Shown piece by piece: positions 34,001 through 34,601 of a stretch of DNA of 34,601 bases (positions are counted from its first letter, which is position 1; each line of letters begins with the position of its first letter). Source of the stretch: a virus. Lineage: Duplodnaviria > Caudoviricetes. The notes under the pieces are model-generated. The model did no database searches. It worked only from the letters and a program-made list of their open reading frames with translations, and was not told the DNA's origin. The DNA is taken from IMG/VR virus record IMGVR_UViG_3300037789_000041, positions 1-34,601 of that record. One strand, given 5' to 3'. A program made the position numbers and the translations under genes.

Positions 34001-34213
34001 TTCGCCGCTCTAGAAAAAATGGTTGATAGCCAGGTTGCCAACGCAGCGGCTTTGGTGGGCAGTGAGACGGCCATTCAGGACCGCATTGCAGCGGCTATCG
34101 AGGCGCAAACCGCATCTAATGAAGCGGGCACAGAAGCGCTGCGCCGGGAGGTAGAGGGGCTTCGCGCGGATGTGCGCAACCTTAGCCGCCAGTTGGCAGA
34201 TCAGGCCGCCTGA
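31067..34213 (+). CDS. Tape measure protein
   Basis: 1048 aa; [24 protein letters not shown] domain; coiled-coil and Gly-rich segments. Confidence 0.92.
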   Translation: [1048 protein letters not shown]

Positions 34214-34601
34214 TGCTTGTCCTTGATGCCCTAGTTAGCGCGCCTTTGGTTGGCGATTACGGCAAGTCGCCTTCGCGCACTTACATCGAGACTGTTATTG
34301 ACCAGAGGCCCGGACAATATCTGGTGGAAATTCAGGCGTACAAGGGCGGTGATATCCGAACCGGCGCTGCCTCGTCTCTTGTTGGACTTCCCATGGTCGC
34401 AGGAGCGCTTGTTGATGGTGTGGCGCAGGGCGAGGGAAATGCTGGCCTTGTCAGCCTGTTCTATTCCGACCGCGATTGGGTCGGTAGCCCTACCGACAGC
34501 ACAAAACAGAATGTTCATTATGAAGGCCGCGTCCGCACCCCAATTGTGATCAGCCGCGCAGCGCCGGTGATGCCGGAGGCCAGCCCGCGCATCCGGCGAG
34601 A
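34213..34601 (+). CDS. 5' part of the tail-tip gene that continues at position 128
   Basis: ATG overlaps the tape measure TGA; MLVLDALVSAPLVG...YLVEIQAY...YSDRDW...HYEGRV is open to the end. Confidence 0.75.
   Translation, partial: MLVLDALVSAPLVGDYGKSPSRTYIETVIDQRPGQYLVEIQAYKGGDIRTGAASSLVGLPMVAGALVDGVAQGEGNAGLVSLFYSDRDWVGSPTDSTKQNVHYEGRVRTPIVISRAAPVMPEASPRIRR
34475..34601. repeat. Second copy of the terminal overlap
   Basis: Identical to 1-127. Confidence 0.95.

Noticed and set aside
34475-34601. 127-bp end repeat as a biological direct terminal repeat
   Set aside because: The length matches a common assembler k-mer and it falls mid-gene; it indicates circularity, not physical ends

Overview
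The window is a complete circular genome of about 34,474 bp: bases 34475-34601 repeat bases 1-127 exactly, consistent with an assembler k-mer overlap. It is a lambdoid-organised siphophage, most likely of an Alphaproteobacterium (alphaproteobacterial-type SSB; GTA/HK97-like head and tail genes). Layout: tail-tip genes (34213->3867, across the join); lysis cassette (DUF5675 endolysin candidate, holin, Rz/Rz1 spanins) interrupted by a beta-class amino-MTase; leftward early operon (Rad52/Sak annealase, SSB, DUF1367, HNH, truncated DUF5131, many small ORFs); divergent promoters with a Cro-like gene but no recognisable CI repressor or integrase; rightward replication operon (resolvase, C5-MTase, DnaA-C domain, initiator with iterons, late regulator); a ~1.05-kb RNA island with 4 tRNAs and structured RNAs; then terminase, portal, MuF, protease, capsid, neck, tail and tape measure. 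The three most notable signals: (1) an HTH-HNH endonuclease gene nested out of frame inside the MTase, with the MTase frame left open and no intron or intein hallmarks; (2) two covarying copies of a ~92-nt tRNA-shaped non-tRNA RNA flanking the tRNA cluster; (3) a tandem covarying double-hairpin RNA after cro, one loop of which is complementary to the next RBS. All protein assignments come from motif recognition by eye, not database searches.
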